Assembly (NCBI GenBank): GCA_965237415.1
Contig: CBDEFM010000002.1
Span: forward strand, 3,584,001 to 3,648,000
Length of the DNA stretch: 64,000 nt
From: Alphaproteobacteria bacterium
GTDB lineage: Bacteria > Pseudomonadota > Alphaproteobacteria > UBA828
Reading direction: 5' to 3'
Of this stretch, positions 52,412-62,738 are shown piece after piece. How positions within the stretch are numbered: the stretch's first letter is position 1; each line of letters starts with the position of its first letter. The translations under genes were made by a program, and so were the position numbers. The notes beneath the pieces are model-generated. The model worked only from the letters and a program-made list of their open reading frames with translations, did no database searches and was not told where the DNA came from.

Positions 52412-53914
52412 ATGTACGGCGTGGAGCTCTATGCGGCGGTTCGACTGGCGGTTGTCGACGAGGGTTTGAGCCATCACGAGGCGGGCCGTCGGTTCGGCAT
52501 CGACCGTCGCACGGTGAAGAAGATGCTGAGCTATTCGGCGCCGCCGGGCTACCGCCGGACGAAGCCGGTCAGGCGGCCCAAGCTGGACGGGTTCACCGGC
52601 ATCGTCGACGCGATCCTGGAGGCGGACACGGATCCGGATGTGCCGCGCAAGCAGCGCCACACGGCGCACCGGATCTTCGAGCGGCTGCGGGACGAGTACG
52701 GGTTCACCGGCGGCTATACCATCGTGAAGGACTATGTGCGTTCCCGGCGGCAATCGACGCGCGAGGCCTTCGTTCCACTGCATCACCCGCCGGGCCATGC
52801 CCAGGTCGACTTCGGCGAGGCGGTGGTGGAGCTGCGGGGGCAGCGGGAGAAGGTCGCCTTCTTCTGCCTGATCCTGCCCCATTCCAACGTCTGGTTCGTC
52901 AAGGCCTATCCCCGGGAGACGACCGAGGCCTTCCTCGACGGCCATGTCAGCGCCTTCGCCTTCCTCGGCGGGGTTCCGCGCTCGATCCTCTACGACAACA
53001 CCACCCTTGCGGTGGCGCGGATCCTGGGGGACGGCACGCGCCGCAGGACGCAGGCGTTCTCACATCTTCAGTCGCACTACCTGTTCCGCGACCGCTTCGG
53101 CCGGCCCGGCAAGGGCAACGACAAGGGCAAGGTCGAGGCCCTGGTGAAGACGGCACGGCGCCGGTTCATGGTGCCGATCCCGAAGGTGCATGACCTGTCG
53201 GTCCTGAACGAGCGGCTGATGGCGCGCTGCCTGGAGCGGCTCGACGCGCTGGAGGAAGGCGACCGGGCGGCGGCGTTGCTCGCCGATCTCGACGCCCTGC
53301 GCGATCTGCCCGCCGTCCCCTTCGAGGCCTGCGAGCATGTGCCGGGCCAGGTCTCGTCCACGGCCCTGGTGCGCTACCGGCTGGTGGACTACTCGGCGCC
53401 GGCGGTGCACGCCCACAAGAAGGTGACGGTCAAGGGCTATGTCGACCGGGTCGAGATCGCGCTCGGCGCCGGGATCGTCGCCCGCCATCGGCGCTCCTAT
53501 GTCCGCGGCGACGTCGTCTACGACCCGCTGCACTATCTGTCGCTGCTGGAGAGGAAGCCGGGCGCCCTGGACCAGGCGGCGCCGCTGCGGGGGTGGAAGC
53601 TCGATCCGGCCTTCGACACGCTGCGCCGCCTCCTCGAAGCCCGCTTCGGCCCGCGCGGCAAGCGCGAATACATCCAGACCCTGCGCCTGCTGGAGGACTT
53701 TCCGGAGCGCCAGGTGACGGCCGCGGTGCAGGACGCGGTGAAGCGGCGCGTGATCGGCTTCGATGCCGTCAAGCACCTGCTGCTGGCGTGCATCGAGAAG
53801 CGGCCGGCCCGTCTCGACCTGGCGCGCTACCCGCACCTACCCCAGCCCTTCGTCGCTGCCACCCGGGCCGCCGATTACGCCACCCTGCTGGCCGGAGGGG
53901 CCGGCCATGGCTGA
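52412..53914 (+). CDS. istA: IS21 transposase
   Basis: QVDFG, LYDN, KGKVE. Confidence 0.95.
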   Translation: MYGVELYAAVRLAVVDEGLSHHEAGRRFGIDRRTVKKMLSYSAPPGYRRTKPVRRPKLDGFTGIVDAILEADTDPDVPRKQRHTAHRIFERLRDEYGFTGGYTIVKDYVRSRRQSTREAFVPLHHPPGHAQVDFGEAVVELRGQREKVAFFCLILPHSNVWFVKAYPRETTEAFLDGHVSAFAFLGGVPRSILYDNTTLAVARILGDGTRRRTQAFSHLQSHYLFRDRFGRPGKGNDKGKVEALVKTARRRFMVPIPKVHDLSVLNERLMARCLERLDALEEGDRAAALLADLDALRDLPAVPFEACEHVPGQVSSTALVRYRLVDYSAPAVHAHKKVTVKGYVDRVEIALGAGIVARHRRSYVRGDVVYDPLHYLSLLERKPGALDQAAPLRGWKLDPAFDTLRRLLEARFGPRGKREYIQTLRLLEDFPERQVTAAVQDAVKRRVIGFDAVKHLLLACIEKRPARLDLARYPHLPQPFVAATRAADYATLLAGGAGHG

Positions 53915-54270
53915 AGCGCCCCGCATCCTGCTCGAGCATCACCTGAAGAAGCTGAAGCTGCCGACCTTTCTGCGCGAGTACGAGAAACTGGCGCGCCAGT
54001 GCGCGGCCGAGGGGCTGGATCATGTGCGGTTCCTGGCCCGGCTGGTGGAGCTGGAGATGATCGACCGCGAGCGCCGCCTGGTCGAGCGCCGCATCAGGCA
54101 GGCCAGGTTCCCCGTCGTCAAACAACTCGAGAGCTTCGACTTCAAGGCGATCCCCAGTCTCAACAAGATGCTGGTGCTGGATCTCGCGCGCGGCGATTAC
54201 ATCGACCGCCGCGAGAACGCGATCCTGCTCGGGCCCTCGAGTCCGAGTGCATAATGCACACCTCGCTACG

Positions 54271-56330
54271 TTATTGAAAATCCAGCTGTTCCTGGTTCGG
54301 ATCGGCTGTTAGCGGGCGCGATTGGCGCAGGTCAGTGCCGTACAGGGCGTCTATCAGCGCCTCCGGGATGGCCCATGGCCCTCCCTTGCACACCTGCGTG
54401 GCGTCGATTGTGCCGCCCGCAATCAACCGCAGCACCGTCATCTTGCTGATGCCGAGCCGTGCGGCGGCATCGGTCAGCGTCAGCTCGCCCCGCTCCGCCA
54501 TCTCGCCTGATCGGAAGACGGCAACGCCACGGCTATTGCGGAAGGTGCGCACCCGCGCTTCCGTCCACGAGTTGCCTCGCCCGGTCTTCTTGCCGAGGCG
54601 GTTGAGCGTGGCCGCGATCGCGCCGTCCGGCAGCTGCCTCGCCAGTCCGCGAACCAGGTCGACCACCTCGGCGCTCGCCGCCCAGCGATGCTGTCCCCTA
54701 CGGTTGCGCGGCACGCTCAGACGCGTGTGGTCGCCGCCACGCCAGTGGAGAAGAAGGTCAACGCAGCCATCGGCCAGCGTGACGACGATCTCCTCCAGAA
54801 CCGCGCGCAGGATGGCCTTGCGCGTCTCGGCGGTGGCATCGGGGCGCGACCACGCCGTCGAGAGATCATCGCCCAGCGCCATCAAGCGCTGTTTCTCCGC
54901 GCATGACGGTGCCTCCGGACGGGCGGCCGCAGTGGCGGCGAGCCGCTCCTCCTGCCGGCGCACCTCCGCCAGCCGGTCGTTCCACCGTCGCTCCAGCTCG
55001 GCCGCGACAAGGCGGTTAGCTGGATCGACGGCATCGTATTGGCGCTGTGCCAGATCGGCCTCGTAGCGCGCCTGCGTCAGCGCCAGCTCCGCCTGCCGTC
55101 GGATCTCGGCGTTGTCGCTCTCACGGGTCTCGATGGCGGCCAGCGCCGCTTCGACGCCGAGCGGAGATAGCAGTCGCAGCACTGCATCGCCGACCGCAGT
55201 ATCCACGCGCAAGCCGCCGAAGGCGATGCACGGCCTGGTGCCGTGGTTGACATGCGCGCCTTGGCAGCCGTAACGGACGCAGTACCCCTTGGTGCCGCTG
55301 TAGTGGACGTGCACACGCCGGCCGCAGTGTCCGCAGCGCAGCAGGCCCGCGAGCAGCGCATCGCCGCGGCGCACGGCGCCCCTTGCCATCAAGCCCCGCA
55401 GTTGGCGTTGTCGGCGATCAGACGCTGGTTCCTCTCGTACTCGTCCCAGGAAACGTAGCCTTCGTGGTGATCGCGGATCAACACGTCCCAGTCCGCGCGA
55501 TCGCGGCGAAAGCCGCGCGTGACGCGCTTGCGTCCGTTCTCGACGGTCACGCGGCTCTCCGTCCGGCCAAACGCGTACGCGCCGGCGTAGACGGGGTTGG
55601 TCATCAGCTTGTGGACGGTGCCGTAGACCGGCGGCTTCCAGACAATATGGCGCTCCTTGCCAACGATCCTGACGGCCGGCAGCAGCACTTCCTCCTGCCG
55701 CAGCCAGAGGTGGACCTGGCGGATGCTCCGGAACTCCGCGAACTTGCGGAACACGAGATCGATTGCCTCACGCACGCGCCGGTCGGGATCCTTGGCGATC
55801 CGGTCGCATCGGACCTTCACGTAGCCCACCGCGACGCTGAGGAATAGCTCGCCACGGGACGCCTTCAGGCGCAGCGCCTCGAGCGAGCGCTGGCGCAGCG
55901 TCGAGAGCTCCATCTCCGACAGCGTCCCCTTCATACCCAGCAATAGACGGTCGTTCGGCAGGCGAGGATCATACAAGCCGTCCTCGTCGCCCAGCAGGCA
56001 GCCCACAAGCGCGCAGAACTCCAGCAGCGTGTGCCAGTCGCGGCCGTTTCGAGCGAGCCTCGAAGCCTCCAGCGACAGCACGATGCCGACGCGCCCTTCG
56101 CAGATCGCCAGCAGCAGCCGATCGAAGCCCGGCCGCGACGTTCCGCCTCCAGAGCGGCCGAGATCCTCGTCGATAATCACGGGCTCGTCCCAGCCCAGAC
56201 CGCGAGCCCGATCCGCAAGGCCGTACTGACGACGGCGGCTCTCGTGGTTGTGCCGCAGCTGGTCCGGCGTCGACTGCCGAATGTAGACGACCGCCTCGCG
56301 CGCCAGATGGTCAGGCGCGATCTTGTTCAT
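54271..56330 (-). pseudogene. Large serine recombinase (resolvase + recombinase + Zn ribbon), one frameshift at ~55392
   Basis: YIRQST, EASRLARN, TNPVYAG, LLRCGHCG; two ORFs 55389-56330 and 54271-55392. Confidence 0.88.
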
Positions 56331-56496
56331 CGCCCGCCTCCTTCTCCGTGGCCGTCCCGTCCGCCATGTCCTCCGTCGGGTTCGCTGCCGCTTCGAGCAG
56401 CAGCGCCGCCAGTATCGGGATTACCGCCCCTCGCATCGCCGGCGTGAGTGCCGGACCCGGCTCCAGTAGTTCCAACAGCTCTCCCTGTCTTCCCAT
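56311..56496 (-). CDS. Small accessory protein of recombinase element
   Basis: ATG with GGAGG upstream; overlaps recombinase start. Confidence 0.6.
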   Translation of the reverse strand: MGRQGELLELLEPGPALTPAMRGAVIPILAALLLEAAANPTEDMADGTATEKEAGDEQDRA

Positions 56497-56801
56497 GTCG
56501 CCCTCCCAAATCCATGCGGGAGGGCGATGGTAGAACAGCGTCGATGACCGAACGGAGGTCGCGCAGGGCGTCCAGCGCGATCCGCGGCTGATCCGTCACC
56601 GTCATCGCCGCCGCGTCTGGAAAGCACATCCAGGTCGGTATCTGCGCCAGCGTGCCATCCGGCTGGCGGACGACGTAGATCATGGTCCCCTTGAAGCGGT
56701 GGCGCCGAACCACTTCCACGCGCTGGCCCGTGCGGGGGTGGAAGGGGTAGTGGATCTTCGTCGGACCGCCCTGGTATCGGGCAGTGTGTGGCTGTTCCGT
56801 C
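56327..56801 (-). CDS. DUF5372/Y4bD-like accessory gene lacking a start in the integrated state
   Basis: Open frame ..HTARYQGGPTKIHYPFHPRTGQRVEVVRR..IPTWM extends to the element end. Confidence 0.65.
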
Positions 56802-57309
56802 AGGCGTCGGCAAGACGCATGTCGCGCTCGCCCTCGGGCTTGCCGCCTGCCAGAAGGGCCTCTCCGTGCGCTTCACCACCGCCTCTCACCTGGTCCACGA
56901 GATGATCGAGGCGCGCGACGAGAAGAGGCTCCTCCGCCTCCAGGACCAGCTCGCCAGGGTCAATCTCCTGATCGTCGACGAGCTCGGCTACGTGCCCCTC
57001 TCGCAGACCGGAAGCGAACTGCTGTTCGACGTCTTCAGCCGGCGCTACGAAAACGGCGCCACAATCGTGACCTCAAACCTGCCCTTCCAGGAATGGACAA
57101 CGGTCTTCGCCAGCGAACGCCTCACCGGCGCGCTGCTCGACCGCATCACCCACCATGTCCATATCCTGGAGATGAACGCAGACAGCTACCGGCTCAAGCA
57201 GAGCCGGTCACGACGCCGGCTGCCGTCCGAATAACCCCGCTTGACCGCGTGGGCCCACAGGCCCTATATGGACGCCTCCCGGTGGCAAGGGCCGATTCGG
57301 TGCTCCGGG

Positions 57310-57470
57310 AGAACCAGGTTGCAGTTCTATATCCGGCCTGTTCGTGCAGGCTGGTGCCTGCTGGCCCTGATGGAATCAGCCGATCCGCGCCTCATTCTCC
57401 CACTGGGCTTCTTGCCCTTGGGCCTGTTCAGGCTTGGCGGATCGCGGTCTGACCTGTTCGCCATCACACT
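57310..57470 (-). ncRNA. Predicted bridge/seek RNA
   Basis: Four guide segments match the reconstructed target and donor; stem-loop pairing visible; boundaries approximate. Confidence 0.8.
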
Positions 57471-57542
57471 TCGTCGTACCTTGCGCAACCTCTTGGCGTG
57501 ACACCTCCTCCTGGTGGTAGGTGATCTCCGTGCCAGTCTTCC

Positions 57543-58586
57543 CTAACCGGGCTGACTGACGAAGTTCGGCCGGTAAGTTCGGTCGTGGGCCAGCAAGGCC
57601 CAGATCGTGCGTGCGGTCTTGTTGGCCAGTGCGACGGCGGCCACGTTCGCCGGCCGCCGCTCGGCCAGGCATGAGGCCCATTCCGGCGGCGATTTGCTCG
57701 TGGTGAGTACGGAGCGGGCGCCGTGGATCAGCAGGGTACGCAGGTAGGTGTCCCCACGCTTGGAGATGCCCCCACGCTTGGAGATGCCGAGCATGCGTAC
57801 CCGCCCGCCGGTGCCGCTGTGGCGCGGCACCAGACCGAGCCAGGCGGCAAACTCCCGGCCGGACCGGAATGCGGCGGGATCGCCCATCATGGCCACCGCG
57901 GCGGTCGCCGTCAGCACCCCGACGCCGGGGATCGCCGCAATCCGCCGGCTTGCGACATTGTCCCGATGCCAAAGCTTGAGCCGTCGCTCGATCTCGCCGA
58001 TCTCCTCATCCAGGCGGCTCACGCGTGCCCACTGCTCCCGCAAGGCCTCCACCACCATCGCCGGCAGACGCTCCGAGACCCGAGCGAGGGCCTCGGCCAT
58101 GCCTCGACGCAGACCGGCCCGGCCCTTCGGCATGACCTCGCCATATTCGGTCAGAAGGCCTCGCAGGCAGTTGATCTGCGCGGTGCGGAACTTCACCAAC
58201 TGCTGGCGCATGCGGTGCAGCGCCAGGATCGCCTGCTGCTCCTCGGTCTTGATCGCAACCGTCTTGATGCCGGGTTGTTGCACCGCCGTCCAGATCGCGC
58301 GTGCGTCGTGCGCATCGTTCTTGTTACCGCCCACGAAGGGCCGAACCATCTTCGCTGACAGCAGCCGTACCTCGTGGCCGAGCTCGCGCAGCCGCCGTCC
58401 CCAGTGCTGCGAACCGCCGCACGCCTCCAGCGCGACAAGGCACGGCGCGCGGTTGGCGAAGTGTTCGAGGAACTTCGTCCGTGTCAGCCGTAAATCCACG
58501 ATCTCGCCCGTTTCCATGTCGACCCAATACAGTTGAAACACCCGCTTCGCCGTATCCACGCCCACGACCGTTCTGCTAATCTTCAT
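57543..58586 (-). CDS. IS110 (IS1111) recombinase with 18-bp in-frame duplication
   Basis: VGVDTAK, LEAC, KNDAHDA, IPGVG; GISKRG duplicated (57752-57787). Confidence 0.93.
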   Translation of the reverse strand: MKISRTVVGVDTAKRVFQLYWVDMETGEIVDLRLTRTKFLEHFANRAPCLVALEACGGSQHWGRRLRELGHEVRLLSAKMVRPFVGGNKNDAHDARAIWTAVQQPGIKTVAIKTEEQQAILALHRMRQQLVKFRTAQINCLRGLLTEYGEVMPKGRAGLRRGMAEALARVSERLPAMVVEALREQWARVSRLDEEIGEIERRLKLWHRDNVASRRIAAIPGVGVLTATAAVAMMGDPAAFRSGREFAAWLGLVPRHSGTGGRVRMLGISKRGGISKRGDTYLRTLLIHGARSVLTTSKSPPEWASCLAERRPANVAAVALANKTARTIWALLAHDRTYRPNFVSQPG

Positions 58587-59214
58587 CCGGACCCTCCGGT
58601 TTGCCTGGGAAGACACCGAATCTTCCCCCTTGGCACTTAGATGCCGTCGGCCCGTGAGGGTCCACCTCAACCCTCCCGACCGCCGGCATCAGGGGTGGGA
58701 GGCGTCCATTCCATTCTCCCACGCGCGGGCCGCAGCCAGCCGCGCGGAGGGCGCGTCGCCCCGCGCGCGGGTCCCTCCCATGGACTACGCGGACAAGCTC
58801 ACGCCGAAGCCCGTGGTACATTTTTACGCCGCCGCGCCGGTACATAATCCCGCCGCCGTTGACAGTCTGGATCGACGCTCTGCGGCAAACCCATGTTTCG
58901 ATTGACGCCCTGGACAGACAGCGAACCCTGTACGGCAATTGGGTTCTCTGCTAGTGTCGCCATGAAAATGGCAACGACCATTTTCCGGGAATTGATCCCG
59001 AGTGGGCCATCGTCGCGAGCGTCACGAAGCATCGGCTCTTGACCATGGTAGGCAGAGCGGCGGGTAGCACGGTCGCCGCGTCGCAGTAGTTCGATAGGCC
59101 GGCCGCGCGAACCCCGCCGACGGGGTTGGACGTCACGCGCAAGCTGGCGCAGGCGTCGCCGCGACACGTTCCGCACAAGAGGCGGAACGGCGCGTCGCAA
59201 CAGGGGAGGCAACA

Positions 59215-60807
59215 ATGACATACGACATTGGCGTGCAATCAATCATGCAGCGCATTCACACGCGACGGCAATTTCTCCAGCGGAGCCTCGGCGCCGGTGC
59301 CGCGCTCGGCGCCTCATCGCTGATCCTGCCACGGATCGTCGAGGCAAGAACCGAGGGGAACACCCTCGTGGTCGCCCACGTCGAAGAGGTCGGAACCCTC
59401 GATCCCAAGGTTTGGGGCGGGTTCGCCGCGATCTACGTGCAGACCCAGATATACGACACGCTGATGCGCCAGGACCCGGTGACCGGTGTATTGCATCCGA
59501 GCCTGGCCGTGTCCTGGGAGAATCCCGATCCTCTGACCTATCGCTACACGCTTCGCGAGGGGGCGAAGTTCCATAACGGCGCGCCCGTCACTGCGGAGGA
59601 TGTCGCCTTTACCTTCAATCGCATCGCGGATCCGAACGAGGGGGCGTGGGAACTCTACATGTTCGTCAATGTGGACGAGGCCGTCGCCCTCGACGATCTG
59701 ACGATCGAGGTGCGGATGAAGCGGCCCGACCACCAGTTCCAGTTCATTGGCTATTTCGAAGGCGGCAACATCTGCAACAAGGCGCATGTCCAGGAACTGG
59801 GAGGCGGGATCGGCACCAACCCAGTCGGCGCTGGCCCCTACAAGTTCGTAGATCGCGACCCGAGCCGCGTCGTTCTCGAAGCATTCGAGGACTATTACGA
59901 AGGCAAGCCGCCGATCGAGCGGATCGAGTTCCGCAACATCAAGGACGCGACCACCATCGTCGCCGGGCTGCGGAGCGGCGATATTCATCTGTCCTACGAC
60001 GTGCCGCGCGACCAGGCCGTGATACTTGAGCGGTCGGACGACGTGGCCATCCAGACCGCGCCCGGCTGGGAGCACACGCTGCTCCACATGGCCAACCAGA
60101 AGGCGCCCTTCAGCGACGTCAAGGTGCGACAAGCGATCCGCTATGCGATTGATCCGGGCGCAGCGCTCGCGGCCTTCAGCCAGAAGTACATCGAACCGGC
60201 CTACGGAGCCTTCATTCCTCCCAACGTCCCGTTCAGCGCGCACGACGAGACCGAGGGCACCTACACCCCCGACATCGAGAAGGCCAAGGCGTTGATGGCC
60301 GAGAGCTCGGTGCCGGACGGCTTCGCTGCGAACATAGCAGTGAACCCCGGTGTCCGCTACGAGGCACTGGCCCTCGCGATCCAGCAGCAGGTCAAGCCGC
60401 TCGGCATCGACATCACCATCCAGCGGCTGCCAGCACCCGACACGATCGCGCTGGCCTACTCGCACGACTTCGACATGATTCTGATGTACTGGATATCCGA
60501 TTACACGGACATCTCGAGCTTCCTGCTGCAATGGTACGGCCCCAACGGCGGCAAATTCGGGCCCAACTTCACCGAGCACGCCAACGAGGCCTACGACAAG
60601 CAGTTCGAGACCTCGCTCTATACCACCGACGACAGCGAACGAGAGGCCGCATTCAAGGAATGCCAACGGATTCTCACGCAGGAGCAGCCGTCTCTCGCCC
60701 TGGCGTTCCCGCAGACGGTGCGCTTCCAGTCGGCGCGGCTTACGGGAGCACCGACGGCCCCGGTGTATGTGTACGACCGATACGCCGACATTGCCTTCAG
60801 CGAGTGA
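59215..60807 (+). CDS. Peptide/nickel-type ABC substrate-binding protein, Tat signal
   Basis: TRRQFL, LDP, AEDVAFT, PVGAGPYKF. Confidence 0.92.
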   Translation: MTYDIGVQSIMQRIHTRRQFLQRSLGAGAALGASSLILPRIVEARTEGNTLVVAHVEEVGTLDPKVWGGFAAIYVQTQIYDTLMRQDPVTGVLHPSLAVSWENPDPLTYRYTLREGAKFHNGAPVTAEDVAFTFNRIADPNEGAWELYMFVNVDEAVALDDLTIEVRMKRPDHQFQFIGYFEGGNICNKAHVQELGGGIGTNPVGAGPYKFVDRDPSRVVLEAFEDYYEGKPPIERIEFRNIKDATTIVAGLRSGDIHLSYDVPRDQAVILERSDDVAIQTAPGWEHTLLHMANQKAPFSDVKVRQAIRYAIDPGAALAAFSQKYIEPAYGAFIPPNVPFSAHDETEGTYTPDIEKAKALMAESSVPDGFAANIAVNPGVRYEALALAIQQQVKPLGIDITIQRLPAPDTIALAYSHDFDMILMYWISDYTDISSFLLQWYGPNGGKFGPNFTEHANEAYDKQFETSLYTTDDSEREAAFKECQRILTQEQPSLALAFPQTVRFQSARLTGAPTAPVYVYDRYADIAFSE

Positions 60808-60960
60808 GCGATCCGAGGCACGGGCAACATATGCTGTAATGCTGTCCGCTAGCCCGCACAGGGTGGAGTCGCGAGTAGCCGATGGCCCCTGGCCAGCAGG
60901 CGGGCGTCCGAGACAGGGCGCCCCCCTCCGGCCCGACCGTCACAGGAGCGGGTATCGGCG

Positions 60961-61887
60961 GTGATCGCCCAGCGGCTTATCGCGTTCATCCCGATCGTGA
61001 TTGCCGTTTCGATCCTGATTTTCCTCGCGCTCAGGGTCGTGCCGGGCGATCCGGTGACAGTGCTGACCGCAGGCAGCCCGGTACCCGCCGAGGTCAAGGA
61101 GCAGTTGCGCCGTGAGTTCAACCTCGATAAGCCGCTGACTGTCCAGTACTGGAACTGGGCCAAGAACGCGGTTCAGGGCGATTTCGGTATCTCCCTGAAA
61201 ACCCGGGAGCCGGTGACCGAGCTTCTCAGCGAGACGCTGCCAATCACGCTGACGATTCTCATCGGCGGTTTGATCCTGTCGATGCTCATTTCAATGCCGC
61301 TCGGCGTCATTGCCGCGCTCAAGCAGGGACGCCTCACCGATCAACTCATCATCGGCGGCACACTTGTCACCTTGTCGGTGCCCGTGTTCACGGCAGGCAT
61401 CCTCGCAATCATCGTGTTCTCCTTTTGGCTCGGCTGGTTGCCGCCCTTCGGCCGCGGTGAGGGCTTCGGCTGGGATCGTATCTCTCACCTGATCATGCCT
61501 TGGTGCGTCCTTGGATTCGCCATGACGGCCGCGCAGACCAACACGTTGCGAGCCGGCATGATCGACGTGCTCAATCGCGAATACATCCTCGCCGCCGAGG
61601 CCCGCGGCCTAAAGCCCATCGCCGTCATACGTCACGGCCTGCGCACGGCGATGGTCCCGGTGGTGAACATCCTGGGCGTGCAGTTCGGCTATATGATCGT
61701 CGGCACGGTCCTGGTCGATTTCGTGTTCGGCATGGGCGGCATCGGCCAGCTCCTGGTGGCTGCCGTCAATCAGCGGGACTATCCGGTCGTCCAGGCGATC
61801 CTCGTGTGCATTGCGGTCGCCTTCACGGCGACGACACTCCTGGTCGACATCGTGGCCTCGCGGCTCGATCCCCGCTACGCTGACTGA
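60961..61887 (+). CDS. Peptide ABC permease (DppB-like)
   Basis: PGDP, GDFGIS, EYILAAEARGL, RDYPVVQ. Confidence 0.92.
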   Translation: MIAQRLIAFIPIVIAVSILIFLALRVVPGDPVTVLTAGSPVPAEVKEQLRREFNLDKPLTVQYWNWAKNAVQGDFGISLKTREPVTELLSETLPITLTILIGGLILSMLISMPLGVIAALKQGRLTDQLIIGGTLVTLSVPVFTAGILAIIVFSFWLGWLPPFGRGEGFGWDRISHLIMPWCVLGFAMTAAQTNTLRAGMIDVLNREYILAAEARGLKPIAVIRHGLRTAMVPVVNILGVQFGYMIVGTVLVDFVFGMGGIGQLLVAAVNQRDYPVVQAILVCIAVAFTATTLLVDIVASRLDPRYAD

Positions 61888-61901
61888 CCCGTAGGGCCGG
61901 C

Positions 61902-62738
61902 ATGCAAACCGCAACCGTTCTCTCGGCTCTCCGGCGCGATCCCGCCCTCGCGATATCCGCGGGGCTCGTGTTGCTGTTCGTCATCATTGCGGTGTTCGGC
62001 CCCTGGATCGCGCCTCAGGACCCCAACCAGATCAATCCCGGGTTCAATTATCTGCCGCCCTCGGGCGATTACTGGTTCGGCACCGACCGGAGCGGTCGGG
62101 ACCTGTTCAGCCGGCTCATCGTCGGCACCCGCATGGCGCTTCTGGGCGCGTTTGCCGTCGTCGTGATCGACGTCGGACTGGGCACGGTGTACGGCCTCAT
62201 AGCCGGCTACATCGGCGGCCGGGTCGACAACATCATGATGCGCGCCGGCGACGTCCTGTTGAGCTTTCCGGCACTCATCATGGGCGTGCTCTTCGTCGCC
62301 GTTTTCGGCCCCGGGCTCATCCCGGTGGTGGTCGGGCTCGCACTCGTCTACATGCCGACGGCGGCAAGGGTGGTGCGCTCGCAGGCGCGCATCCAGACGA
62401 AGGAGCAATATGTCGAAGCGGGCCGGCTGCTCGGCTACTCGACGCTGCGCATCGCGTTGCGGCACGTTCTGCCGAACTGCCTGTCCCAAATCATCGTGCA
62501 GGCGAGCATCGTTCTGGCGTACGCAGTCGTGGATCTTGCCGCGCTCAGCTTCCTCGGGCTCGGCGTGCAGCCGCCCACACCCGACTGGGGCAACATGCTG
62601 GCTGAGGCGCAGAAGAGCATGCTGCTGGCGCCCTGGCTGGCGATCTTCCCCGCACTCGCGATCATTATCCTCGTGCTCGCGTGGAACGTGTTCGGCGCGC
62701 GCCTGCGCTACCACCTCGATCCCACGGAGCGCCGGTGA
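61902..62738 (+). CDS. Peptide ABC permease (DppC-like)
   Basis: FGTDRSGRD, RHVLPN, LSFLGLG..PPTPDWG. Confidence 0.92.
   Translation: MQTATVLSALRRDPALAISAGLVLLFVIIAVFGPWIAPQDPNQINPGFNYLPPSGDYWFGTDRSGRDLFSRLIVGTRMALLGAFAVVVIDVGLGTVYGLIAGYIGGRVDNIMMRAGDVLLSFPALIMGVLFVAVFGPGLIPVVVGLALVYMPTAARVVRSQARIQTKEQYVEAGRLLGYSTLRIALRHVLPNCLSQIIVQASIVLAYAVVDLAALSFLGLGVQPPTPDWGNMLAEAQKSMLLAPWLAIFPALAIIILVLAWNVFGARLRYHLDPTERR

Larger units (their letters stand above)
54239..56801 (-). mobile_element. Large serine recombinase element inserted in istB
   Basis: TC dinucleotide at both junctions; removal restores GGG CCC TCA GGC GTC GGC AAG. Confidence 0.9.
53907..57234 (+). pseudogene. istB: IS21 helper ATPase split at Walker A (53907-54238 + 56802-57234)
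   Basis: ...NAILLGPS | GVGKTHVALALG...IVDELGY...LLDRITHH. Confidence 0.93.
57264..58717 (-). mobile_element. IS1111-type IS110 element
   Basis: Subterminal IR ATGGACGCCTCCC (57268-57280) / GGGAGGCGTCCAT (58697-58709); CT core at both junctions. Confidence 0.92.
52245..58864 (+). mobile_element. IS21 family element containing two nested insertions
   Basis: Ends TGTTAACGGCGG... and ...CCGCCGTTGACA; istA and split istB. Confidence 0.9.

Noticed and set aside
55380-55400. Programmed frameshift in the serine recombinase
   Set aside because: No slippery heptamer is visible; a single-base loss or sequencing error is more likely.
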